Source: an uncultured virus (IMG/VR IMGVR_UViG_3300034200_002321) (Duplodnaviria; Heunggongvirae; Uroviricota; Caudoviricetes). From it: a stretch of 64,000 bases of DNA. Positions 27,946-36,570 of this stretch are shown piece by piece. Every line of letters starts with the position of its first letter. Within the stretch, counting starts at the first letter, position 1. The notes under the pieces are model-generated. The model was given only the letters and a program-made list of their open reading frames with translations. It had not been told where the DNA came from and did not search any database. The stretch is taken from the IMG/VR virus record IMGVR_UViG_3300034200_002321. The stretch is one strand, 5' to 3'. The translations under genes and the position numbers were made by a program.

Positions 27946-29685
27946 TTAATCAGGAGCTCCGAGGAGGACACCAGTTCGGATTCTACCACGTTTACGAGAC
28001 GCTGCCAAGCCGTCAAAATACTTCGTTTCTCTCTCGAACGCGGCCACCCATGGATCGCCCGCCTGCGCGGCGACAGGGTGTGGTTGATATACTGGGTGGC
28101 TGCCGGCCCAGTACTCCCCACAATCCAGCACGTCGTGAATCTGACCGTCTGCAAGCCTCTCCTTGACATCATCCTTGTGAACAGCTCGCATGGTGCGGGT
28201 CAGCTGTCGTACGAGGTGAGGGCATGTGTGCAACACGACTCGAAGCTGTGGGCGACCGCACGGACGGTCCGTTCGCATCCAACCACGAAGAGCGGTTGAT
28301 CGGGTGATCCACACAGGGTCCGCGACTTGGAAGTGAGATCCTGTGGTGTAGCAGGAAAGACCTTGCGCCAAGAAGTGCTGGCTGTAATGCGACATCACTC
28401 GTAGGTTGTGGCCCATAGGCGTCTGCTCTCCGGCCTTCTTGTCGATGATGAACCGGCGATATATTCGGTGCTTGTCAGCAAACAGAGCTCTCCTGGCAAT
28501 CTCACGAGCATCAATCCGTTCGACTGCGAGCTCTCGGTATATCACAAAATACGGCTCTCCGTCATCCCAGTAATCCGGGGTCGGTACGGCACCCCACAAT
28601 AGTGCAGGTCTTTGTGTACCCGGGTCCAAGATCAAGTCTACGGTCCAGTCAGAAGGGGCGTTCCAGTTGTTCTCTCGGAGAGCAACAGCAACTCTGTCTT
28701 CTGCTGAAACCTGCAGCCCGATTCCGTGCTTAGTCGTACTGAACTCAGGGTATGCGGCCGTGAGGTGCGTCGAAAACTCTCCGAGGTCGCGAGCTCGAAT
28801 CTGCGCATCAGTCCAACCGGCTCTTCGCAAGTCTTTCTGTCTTTGTGCAATGAACGGCGTCTTCGATCCAACAAACTGAAAATTCACGAAATCCGCCCGC
28901 GGTTTTTCTCCGCGAGCGACTGCGTCCATGTCTTCTGTCGTTCGTGCGTACAGGTCTGCCAATGCGCTGCAATTTGGGTCCGGCCAAGAAGACCAATACA
29001 GGCGGCCAGCACGGTCAGACAATCGGCTTTGCCATTCTGGGTAGTGATTGTCATTTTCGATTTCTTCGTCGATCCAGATACGGTTCACGGGGTCGCCGCG
29101 TTTGACCTTCGCGGTGGACGCATATGCGTATACAACACTCCCGTTTCGCAAAGTCATCGACGTCAGCTTATGCTCGCCGCGGTTCTCCCACGTTTCGCTG
29201 ACGACCATATCGTCGGGGATAAATGCAGGACCAGGCATGCGACGGGTGGGGTCGAGATCTTCGTCTCCTGGCACAACACCGGGAGCCCACGCCCGGATAG
29301 CCCCTGTCTTCTCGTCGACCACCACGTCGAATGCCCCCGGCATTCGCAATAGACGGTACAAGGTCTGACCGATGTGGTTGAGCTGCAAACCGATCATCCA
29401 CACGACGACTGGGCGGTTCTGCCAAGCAGGCTCCCGAACCCGAACACGGGTCCCGTCGTGGAATATGATCTCTCTGTCGAGTAGATACGCTGCGATGATT
29501 GCAGCGACAATCATGGACTTGCCCGACCGCGTACCTCCTCGCACAAGGATTTCAGTCGCATCGCAAGTGATCACAGGCTCTTGGTGCTTCGCAGGGCGAA
29601 ACACAGAGAAGGCGTCTTGTTGCTTGCGCTGCAAACGGGCAGCCGCCTGCAACGCCAGTGTGAGGTCTTTCTGTGTGAGCATCAC
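27946..29685 (-). CDS. terL: Terminase large subunit
   Basis: Walker A GGTRSGKS, Walker B WIDEE, RNase H-like LILDPG and HDVLDC. Confidence 0.9.
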   Translation of the reverse strand: MMLTQKDLTLALQAAARLQRKQQDAFSVFRPAKHQEPVITCDATEILVRGGTRSGKSMIVAAIIAAYLLDREIIFHDGTRVRVREPAWQNRPVVVWMIGLQLNHIGQTLYRLLRMPGAFDVVVDEKTGAIRAWAPGVVPGDEDLDPTRRMPGPAFIPDDMVVSETWENRGEHKLTSMTLRNGSVVYAYASTAKVKRGDPVNRIWIDEEIENDNHYPEWQSRLSDRAGRLYWSSWPDPNCSALADLYARTTEDMDAVARGEKPRADFVNFQFVGSKTPFIAQRQKDLRRAGWTDAQIRARDLGEFSTHLTAAYPEFSTTKHGIGLQVSAEDRVAVALRENNWNAPSDWTVDLILDPGTQRPALLWGAVPTPDYWDDGEPYFVIYRELAVERIDAREIARRALFADKHRIYRRFIIDKKAGEQTPMGHNLRVMSHYSQHFLAQGLSCYTTGSHFQVADPVWITRSTALRGWMRTDRPCGRPQLRVVLHTCPHLVRQLTRTMRAVHKDDVKERLADGQIHDVLDCGEYWAGSHPVYQPHPVAAQAGDPWVAAFERETKYFDGLAASRKRGRIRTGVLLGAPD

Positions 29686-32615
29686 TGCACCCCACCATAC
29701 TGATTGAACCGGCCGGCGGCTTGCTGCAGCAGATACTGCCCAATCGGACTCATGAGAGACGGCAGCTCAGACCTGTCAAGTGGCGACCGAGAGCGTGTCA
29801 CGCCAAACAGCTCCCCAAAGGCCTGCCGTGCACGCGGAGACGCCTGCATCAGCCTCTGAGGCATCATCGCACCGCCGCTTTGATAGGCGTCTTGCATGTT
29901 GCGTTGCAAACGGGACAGAGGGCCTTGCAGAGCTGGAGACGACGTGTTGACGCCCTGCAGCAGTGCTGCTTCGATGGCGTCCGCGACTTGCTCCTCGATT
30001 GCTTTTTGCTGCTGCATGCTGCCAACCATGTTTTGATTTGCAAACACATCCCCCCGCAGCCAATGCACCAGCTCGTGTGGAGCCGTTGCCGGGTTTGCCT
30101 GAGACCCAAACACCATGTCTCCCGTGAGGCCTTGCGGCTCTCGGAAAGACATGTCAACCCGTCCATACGCGTTCGGGGCGCGAACAATTTCTTCAGGAAA
30201 CACAGCAGATGCTTGCTCTGGAGAAGCAACCATGCCAACCGGGGACATCGGTCTTTCAGGTGTCGCAGGCGTCGACGGCGCAAAAGCACTGGCTTGGTTG
30301 GCACGAGACTGCCGCATACCTTCGACGATCTGCAACGCTGCGTCTCGGGCTTGCTCTGGAGTGGAATAGACGGGCCAGTAATCACTCTGCTCAGCCATCG
30401 CAGGGACCGCCCACTCCCCGTCAATTTTAGCCGCAAACCCCCGCATCGGCCGTATAAGCCGTCGGCGGTCTGCCGTCATGGAGACCGATCGTGGGTGGAT
30501 AGTGATTTCCGGATCCACTTGGTTGTAGTCTGAGGATCTCAACCGACTGTTGGCAAGTTGCCGGCTTTCGGTCGGTGTCAAACCACCAACCAACGATTCA
30601 ATTGCATCCTCCGCGCCTCGCTGTGCCTGTGTGGCGTTAATCTGTGCAGCCAAAGCTGCATCCGAGGCAAAGTCAGCCTGCTCACGCCGAAGCTCAGCAG
30701 CAACAGCACGAGCTGCAGACCCTCTCTGCGTGTCGATTTTGTTTTCCATCCGCCGTGCAGCTGCCGCCTGTTTGGCAGCCTCCTGTGCGGCCCGACGCTC
30801 AGCTTGCATTGCCTCTTGCCGAGGTCTAAGCGCAGCTTCCAACCGCTCAAGCTCTGGGTCTGCCTTCGTGGCCTTTTGTGTGACGGGATTCAGCACTGTA
30901 TCGTCAGGCTGAAATGCCACAGTCAGATCCTGAACGCCGGGGTTTGGTTTAGGTCGCAGAAGTCGACGTGCTTCTGTGGACGAAACACCTGACAAGGCTG
31001 TGTCTACAATGTCAGAAAGCTGCTGCTCTCCGCGAATGTTCTCTCTACGTAACGAAGCGTTGACCGCGCGGATGGCGGCGTCCAAGGGGTCCTCTGGTTT
31101 TTTAACTCGCGGTTTACGAACAGGCCTGGTCGTTGGTGCCGCTGGCGTTTCGACCGGCATCGGAGCTGGATCAGGCAGCACAGCCTCGATCGGGTTTTTG
31201 GGCGTTGCTTCAGTCACAGACTGCTGGGCCGCTGCTGCCATCGCAGCCTGTGCAGCAGGCCCGTCGGCCGCAGTCGGAGGAACGGCTTCACCCCGCGTAC
31301 GGTCCCAGCCTGTCCACTCCCACTGCTTGGTAATACCGTTCCACTTGTGCTTTTCTCTCCGGCCAAAAACAAGCTCTTTTTTGCTCGCCAGTTCGTCAAG
31401 GGTTGTCGCCGGCGTTTGAAGTAGAGCCATCTCTTGTGGAGTGAACATCTGCTCTACAGAAGGGTTCGTGCTCAACCAATTCTGCAACTCGCGATGACCC
31501 ATTTCAAGTCGCCGCATCTCTTCCGGCGTTACAGGTCGTGGCGTCCCTTTCGGCCAATACAGGTCCGCAATATCATCGTATTCGTACTGAGCGAGACGGT
31601 GATCGATAAGCGTTCTCTTGTGAATCTGATGCGGTCCAACAACGGGCTTTCGTAGATAAGCAAGCTCTTCTGGTGTGAAAATTTGCCGCCAACCGGGGTT
31701 GTCATTGACTTCGTCTACCATGAGCCGGTTTTTTTCTTCGTCTCGTATGAAACGGATAACATCGCTGTCTGGTAGGTGCGGGATGCTTCTTTTACGACCA
31801 ATTGTCGGATTCTCTGCAAAAAACGCGCGTAGTGCTTTCTCGGCCTCTGTTTTGTTGCCCAAATTTTTGAGCACAAAACCGGCGTCAGCACCCCCCTGTG
31901 TCAGCGTCCTAGCAATTACTTGCAATGGCACGCCTGAACGGCTTGCCTGATTCACAAAAAGCCCTATTTCTGGGTATGCGCGACCGAATTCATTGTGTTT
32001 TTGTACCTCCCAGTGATCTTTCCATGGGTATTCTAAAGTAACACCACTGGCGTCTCTGGTGTTTGCGACAGGCGACGACGGACCCCTCACTTGCAACTGG
32101 CCGTACACCCGATCCGGGTCGAGTTCCTTGTGCAGAATGGCAGCATCGGCCAAGTCAGCAAGGTCCTGCGACTGTTGTGCCGCTGTTACGGGCCCAAGCT
32201 GCTCCCGCAAAGCATCGCTCATCTCGGAGACCACTCGCTGCCGCTCGGGATGGCCTCGCAAAGCGTCTATACGTCTGTTGCGAGCGGAGGCCACACGCCG
32301 GCCTTTCAGTGCAGAGAACAACCGGCCAACTGGTATTGCGTTAAGTGGGTCGATAATCGCATCGACAGCAAAACCGGCGACGTCAGCAACCCCCTCCATG
32401 GGGTCGCTGAGCCAACCGGACATGCCCGTCTCTTTGTTCGCAGAAGTCAAGCCCCACTTGGTCAGCAGGTCTCGCCCCGATCGGCGACCGGTCGTTCCAA
32501 AGGGATCGGCCCACTGATCGATTGGGTTCTCACCCATCAGCAAATCGACTGCAGAGGACCGAGGGAGGTCGATTACGTTGAGAGCTCCCGACAGGACGTC
32601 CATGAAACCAACCAT
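29682..32615 (-). CDS. Large (977 aa) probable virion/ejection protein with a C-terminal zincin-like motif
   Basis: N-terminus homologous to the 1839-aa protein; HELVH...EEQVAD near the C-terminus. Confidence 0.65.
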   Translation of the reverse strand: MVGFMDVLSGALNVIDLPRSSAVDLLMGENPIDQWADPFGTTGRRSGRDLLTKWGLTSANKETGMSGWLSDPMEGVADVAGFAVDAIIDPLNAIPVGRLFSALKGRRVASARNRRIDALRGHPERQRVVSEMSDALREQLGPVTAAQQSQDLADLADAAILHKELDPDRVYGQLQVRGPSSPVANTRDASGVTLEYPWKDHWEVQKHNEFGRAYPEIGLFVNQASRSGVPLQVIARTLTQGGADAGFVLKNLGNKTEAEKALRAFFAENPTIGRKRSIPHLPDSDVIRFIRDEEKNRLMVDEVNDNPGWRQIFTPEELAYLRKPVVGPHQIHKRTLIDHRLAQYEYDDIADLYWPKGTPRPVTPEEMRRLEMGHRELQNWLSTNPSVEQMFTPQEMALLQTPATTLDELASKKELVFGRREKHKWNGITKQWEWTGWDRTRGEAVPPTAADGPAAQAAMAAAAQQSVTEATPKNPIEAVLPDPAPMPVETPAAPTTRPVRKPRVKKPEDPLDAAIRAVNASLRRENIRGEQQLSDIVDTALSGVSSTEARRLLRPKPNPGVQDLTVAFQPDDTVLNPVTQKATKADPELERLEAALRPRQEAMQAERRAAQEAAKQAAAARRMENKIDTQRGSAARAVAAELRREQADFASDAALAAQINATQAQRGAEDAIESLVGGLTPTESRQLANSRLRSSDYNQVDPEITIHPRSVSMTADRRRLIRPMRGFAAKIDGEWAVPAMAEQSDYWPVYSTPEQARDAALQIVEGMRQSRANQASAFAPSTPATPERPMSPVGMVASPEQASAVFPEEIVRAPNAYGRVDMSFREPQGLTGDMVFGSQANPATAPHELVHWLRGDVFANQNMVGSMQQQKAIEEQVADAIEAALLQGVNTSSPALQGPLSRLQRNMQDAYQSGGAMMPQRLMQASPRARQAFGELFGVTRSRSPLDRSELPSLMSPIGQYLLQQAAGRFNQYGGVQ

Positions 32616-32622
32616 CGGTACC

Positions 32623-33255
32623 TCACTTCACAAAGGACGCAGCCACCTCAAGCAGCATATCTGGGTCAACCTCACCGCATTGTAAGAGCATTTGGCGGCG
32701 GAAATCAGCATCGCCACTGACTCGAAGCATAGCTGCCTGGCTGGCCACCTGCAACAGCTCATCCTCGTTCATGCCGTCAAGCGGGTCTGTCGACCCAACG
32801 ATTTCGTCTCTTGATTGAACCAGCCGCAGGATCGCTTCGTAAAACCCCTTCAGTGTCTTGAAGTCAACGTCGTGAAACTGCCGAAGCTCATCAGGCTTGT
32901 GCTCTCCGCGGACCGCTTGAAAGTCCTGAACAAGCCGCTCAACAAACCCCGTTGGTCCTCCGAGCGCGTCCATCAGCGTATCTGCTATGGTCGTCACGTG
33001 AGGGGTCCCGCTGCGGCGAATCTCTGCAATCGCTGCATGAAACTTCGAGACTGTGGTCGGTGCCGGCGAAGTCAGCACCGCCAGCGTCCTTGCGTCCTGC
33101 AAAGGCTGCTGACAGCTGAGGCACACACCTTGCGCAGCCTGCGCCTCGGGAACAGGCAGCCCGCATATCAGGCACACCGTTCTGCCTGGAAAGCACAAAG
33201 AGGGTGGCTGCTGCGGCAACCACCCTCCTGAGGCATTCGCATTCTGGTCCATCAC
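32623..33255 (-). CDS. Putative terminase small subunit-like protein with N-terminal zinc ribbon
   Basis: CLIC...CLSC; helical body; position upstream of terL. Confidence 0.45.
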   Translation of the reverse strand: MMDQNANASGGWLPQQPPSLCFPGRTVCLICGLPVPEAQAAQGVCLSCQQPLQDARTLAVLTSPAPTTVSKFHAAIAEIRRSGTPHVTTIADTLMDALGGPTGFVERLVQDFQAVRGEHKPDELRQFHDVDFKTLKGFYEAILRLVQSRDEIVGSTDPLDGMNEDELLQVASQAAMLRVSGDADFRRQMLLQCGEVDPDMLLEVAASFVK

Positions 33256-33256
33256 G

Positions 33257-33373
33257 TCACGGCCGTGTCACAGGACGAGGCGGCTGGCCGCAGGCAGAGC
33301 CCGAGGTGATAACCTGAGCTGTTGACGTGCCGTGGATTCCGGCCGGAGCGGTACGGGGCTGCATCGGGTTCAA
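33257..33373 (-). CDS. Small 38-aa protein (MNPMQPRTAP...PVTRP)
   Basis: AAGGAG RBS, TTG start, stop just before the next gene. Confidence 0.45.
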   Translation of the reverse strand: MNPMQPRTAPAGIHGTSTAQVITSGSACGQPPRPVTRP

Positions 33374-33413
33374 CTTAACTCTCCTTGAAAATCGCTACTG
33401 ATTCGACATCAGA

Positions 33414-33941
33414 TCAGCAGCCGCGAACGGCTTGAAACGGCAGGTTGAGGTACACCCTGCACAGAGCTGTGGCGGACGCCGCAGCGGCAGCGCGACCGCT
33501 ATGGCCAATTGGATTTGTGCCGGCCGTACCGGCAACAAATGTCCCCGTGGCTCCTGTCTGCAGCAGAGCACCGTCCGTGAGTCCTCCGGTACCAACCAGC
33601 ACAGAGCACGGGCCCCCGATGATCAGCCAGAAGTAGCTTTTGTTGGGCACGGCTGCTGGGAGGTATGGGTCGACGATACCGTCGCAGATGCCGTTCGCAG
33701 CGCTGTTGGCTCCGACTGACTTACCAATCGCTCCGGCTTTGAAGGTGCACCCACTGCCGGGTGCGAGAGTGCCACCGGAATCGTTCTCAACAAGAACTGC
33801 ATAGATCGGCGTCTGCGACAGCAGGTTGTTGGCTTCTGCGCCCCACTGACGATCAGCAAAGCTGGCGACCTGCCCGAGAGCATTCACGTCGTTGAACACA
33901 TCGATCCTGCCTAAGCAGGCGTTGGGAGACATTCCCGTCAT
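33414..33941 (-). CDS. Putative capsid decoration/cement protein
   Basis: Gly/Ala-rich 175 aa right after the MCP; AGGAG RBS. Confidence 0.65.
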   Translation of the reverse strand: MTGMSPNACLGRIDVFNDVNALGQVASFADRQWGAEANNLLSQTPIYAVLVENDSGGTLAPGSGCTFKAGAIGKSVGANSAANGICDGIVDPYLPAAVPNKSYFWLIIGGPCSVLVGTGGLTDGALLQTGATGTFVAGTAGTNPIGHSGRAAAAASATALCRVYLNLPFQAVRGC

Positions 33942-34001
33942 ACAGCACTCCTGTAGAAGAAACTCATCAAAGCGTTGTTGTGTGGCTTGCGAACGATCCG
34001 A

Positions 34002-35147
34002 TCAGACGCGAATGAATCGGCAGAGAAACTTCGGTTGGAATTTGAAGTTTCCGTAGGAGGCGACGTAGTACAGGAACCCGTTTTTCTCCATCGAAAACTC
34101 AGGGCCTCGCGGGCTGTACATCTGGTTGTGCAGGAAGAAAGCGTGCATGTACTGCGGCAAGTACATGAAGGCGTTGCCTGCGGGCACTGCATAGTCTGTC
34201 GAGTACACAGCACCATCAACTGTCATCGTGTTGCCAGGAAACCCGAGATCTCCGTTGGTGTATGGCATGATCTGCCGGTTTTTGTCCCGAAAGTTTGCTT
34301 TCAGATCGGGCATCATCTCGGAAGACATCACCACCATTGGAGGAGCACCGTTAAGCGACTGACCTCCTCTGTGGATCATAGCGGTCTGTGCAAAACTGAC
34401 AGCTTCAACGGCGTTGGTGGCCCAAGTCGTACCACCAGTACCCCAAGCGGTCGAACCGTAGTTGACGATCAGAGGAGTCGTCGCGTCGTACTCACTTGTG
34501 CCCTGGCCGAATGGGAAGTCACGGGCCAGGCTGGCATTCGGTTTGGTCGGCAAATCAGCCGACCAAGAGCCACCAAGACTACCGAGGGCAAGGTTCTGCC
34601 CGCAGTAGCTGCCTGTGGGCAGCGCGATCTTATCAGCCGCGGTGACAGTGCCTGGGTCATATGACAATGCGGTGAGGATGCCCGCCATGTCTGCCGCGTT
34701 GGCTGGAGCATTGCCGTTCAGATAGAACGCGCGACTCAGTCTTTCGACCATGGCCTGTGCCAGATCACCTGATTTCTCGTTGTACCTGTTGGTGATGGCT
34801 TGGGGAGACCCGTTGCTGATCAACTCCTGAATCTCAGGCATGAAGTCGGTTGCACGGTATCCTCGATTGCCGATCTGGAACTGAATGAGGGTGTCCCAGT
34901 TTTGAAACTCGATTGGCGAGTTTTCGGTGGCAGTGGAGACAAGTGGCTGCCGTACGCGAGCTGCCCAGACCTGCGTATGGCTCTTGTGGTTGAACGTGAT
35001 GGATCCGTACTGCTGCAGCATGTTGAACGTGAGGAAGTTTCGGGCTGTCAGGTCACCGACATCCTTCCAATACTGCGGCATCACGGACCGAATCAGGTCG
35101 ATGTGCCCCGGGGCTGTTGACGGTACCAAAGTGTTTGTTGCGGGCAC
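34002..35147 (-). CDS. Major capsid protein
   Basis: 381 aa after scaffold; C-terminal LGFPG...DGAVYSTD...YVASYGN pattern of HK97-fold capsids. Confidence 0.8.
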   Translation of the reverse strand: MPATNTLVPSTAPGHIDLIRSVMPQYWKDVGDLTARNFLTFNMLQQYGSITFNHKSHTQVWAARVRQPLVSTATENSPIEFQNWDTLIQFQIGNRGYRATDFMPEIQELISNGSPQAITNRYNEKSGDLAQAMVERLSRAFYLNGNAPANAADMAGILTALSYDPGTVTAADKIALPTGSYCGQNLALGSLGGSWSADLPTKPNASLARDFPFGQGTSEYDATTPLIVNYGSTAWGTGGTTWATNAVEAVSFAQTAMIHRGGQSLNGAPPMVVMSSEMMPDLKANFRDKNRQIMPYTNGDLGFPGNTMTVDGAVYSTDYAVPAGNAFMYLPQYMHAFFLHNQMYSPRGPEFSMEKNGFLYYVASYGNFKFQPKFLCRFIRV

Positions 35148-35168
35148 AATCGTCTCCTAAGTAAAAGG

Positions 35169-36233
35169 TTACACAGCACGGTTTGGGTTGTTGACGAGTG
35201 CGGTCAGGTCAGGCAACCCTTGGTTGTTTCGTGGGATCGAACCGGCACCTGGCGCCTGAGCAACCTGCACCATCGAACCCGGTCTTGAAAATGCCGGATC
35301 AGTGGCTGGTGGGATGTTGGCAGACCACGGCTGCGGTGGCGATGCTGGTGCGGCAGCCGGTGCTACCGGCCTCAGATGCTGAGCGATCATTGCTGCTGCG
35401 TATTTGTGCAGTGCAGCCACGTCACGAACCCCAGATGCCGCAAGTTCGTCCCAAGCACGACCATACTCCTGCCCAACCGGAGTGGCTACCTCTCGGCCTG
35501 TGTCGTCTCGGGTGAACAGTATGCCGGCGTTTTGTTCGAGGAATTCGTCATACGGCTGCGGTGCCTGCGATGCAATCAGCTGCTGCATGGCTGCAAGCTG
35601 TCGCTGCAGCTGTTGCTGCTGCTGCTGAAGCGGCTCCACGAACTGCTTGAACGCGTTCATGCCGTATTTGCGCACAAAGCCCTCGGGGTCGGCGAGCTCG
35701 GCCTGTGCAGCTTGCGCCTGCGCCACTCGCCGGTTCAGCTGTTCTGCAACCCCATTCGCGAGTGGATTCGTGGCAATCCAGGTCCCGTTGCTGAACGTCA
35801 GCAGGCCCTGCTGCTGAAACATTTGCGCAGTGTTACTGAGCTGCTCTGTTGTAAACCCGTCGTTCGATTGTGCCGGCGTGGCTGGTGGCGCCTGTTGCGA
35901 GGCTGGCTGGTTGGGTCGTACTGCCGCAGATTCGGCAGCAGCGACGGCCCGCTGAGCGACCACAGCGAGTCGTTCAACAAGCTCATCGTCATTCGCAAAC
36001 TGTAGGCCCGGAGGCAGCAGACCTTTTTGCACTGCCCGCTCGTAGGCACTGGGCTGCGACGATGGTGAGCCCGAACCGGGGGCTGCGGGAGCAACCCCCG
36101 GTTGCGGGACGCTGGTGCCCACTCCTGCGGAAGTGGTCGGTAGTGCAGGCGGCTGCTGCGCAACCGGAACACCGGCGGCAGCAGCAACACTTTGCTGCAA
36201 GTTGGGGAGTGAGGGAAGAACACCAACAGACAT
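35169..36233 (-). CDS. Putative capsid scaffolding protein
   Basis: Pro/Gln/Ala-rich coiled-coil protein before the MCP; AGGAG RBS before ATG 36233. Confidence 0.65.
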   Translation of the reverse strand: MSVGVLPSLPNLQQSVAAAAGVPVAQQPPALPTTSAGVGTSVPQPGVAPAAPGSGSPSSQPSAYERAVQKGLLPPGLQFANDDELVERLAVVAQRAVAAAESAAVRPNQPASQQAPPATPAQSNDGFTTEQLSNTAQMFQQQGLLTFSNGTWIATNPLANGVAEQLNRRVAQAQAAQAELADPEGFVRKYGMNAFKQFVEPLQQQQQQLQRQLAAMQQLIASQAPQPYDEFLEQNAGILFTRDDTGREVATPVGQEYGRAWDELAASGVRDVAALHKYAAAMIAQHLRPVAPAAAPASPPQPWSANIPPATDPAFSRPGSMVQVAQAPGAGSIPRNNQGLPDLTALVNNPNRAV

Positions 36234-36369
36234 GAGAGCAACTCCTGTGCAAGAGGAAGGCAACCAGCGATCGGCTCCATTGGAGCAGATGCGAGATTGA
36301 CTGCACAGGGCTTACTCAGTACAAGGCGATCTGTTTCGTGTTTTTCCGTTTTCTCTGCAGGAGCTGGTT

Positions 36370-36570
36370 GTGCCTTCGCCACTTACAATCAAAGAGGCAG
36401 TTGGTTACTTGCGATCGCGTGGATATCCGGTTTGCGCCGACACCATACGAAAGTGGTGCACCAACAAACTACCTCGCAAGCGATCGCGGCTTCGGCACCA
36501 CAGAGTCGGCGGTCGCATCTACATCAATTCCGCGGCGCTGGACTCTCTGCTCCCCGCAGCACACGAATGA
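36370..36570 (+). CDS. Small MerR/excisionase-type HTH DNA-binding protein
   Basis: LTIKEAVGYL...CADTIRKWC...HRVGGRIYI; AGGAG RBS. Confidence 0.8.
   Translation: MPSPLTIKEAVGYLRSRGYPVCADTIRKWCTNKLPRKRSRLRHHRVGGRIYINSAALDSLLPAAHE

Noticed and set aside
10886..32456. Diversity-generating retroelement TR/VR pair
   Set aside because: No reverse transcriptase; the differences are synonymous, not adenine-specific, and both copies are N-terminal coding sequence.
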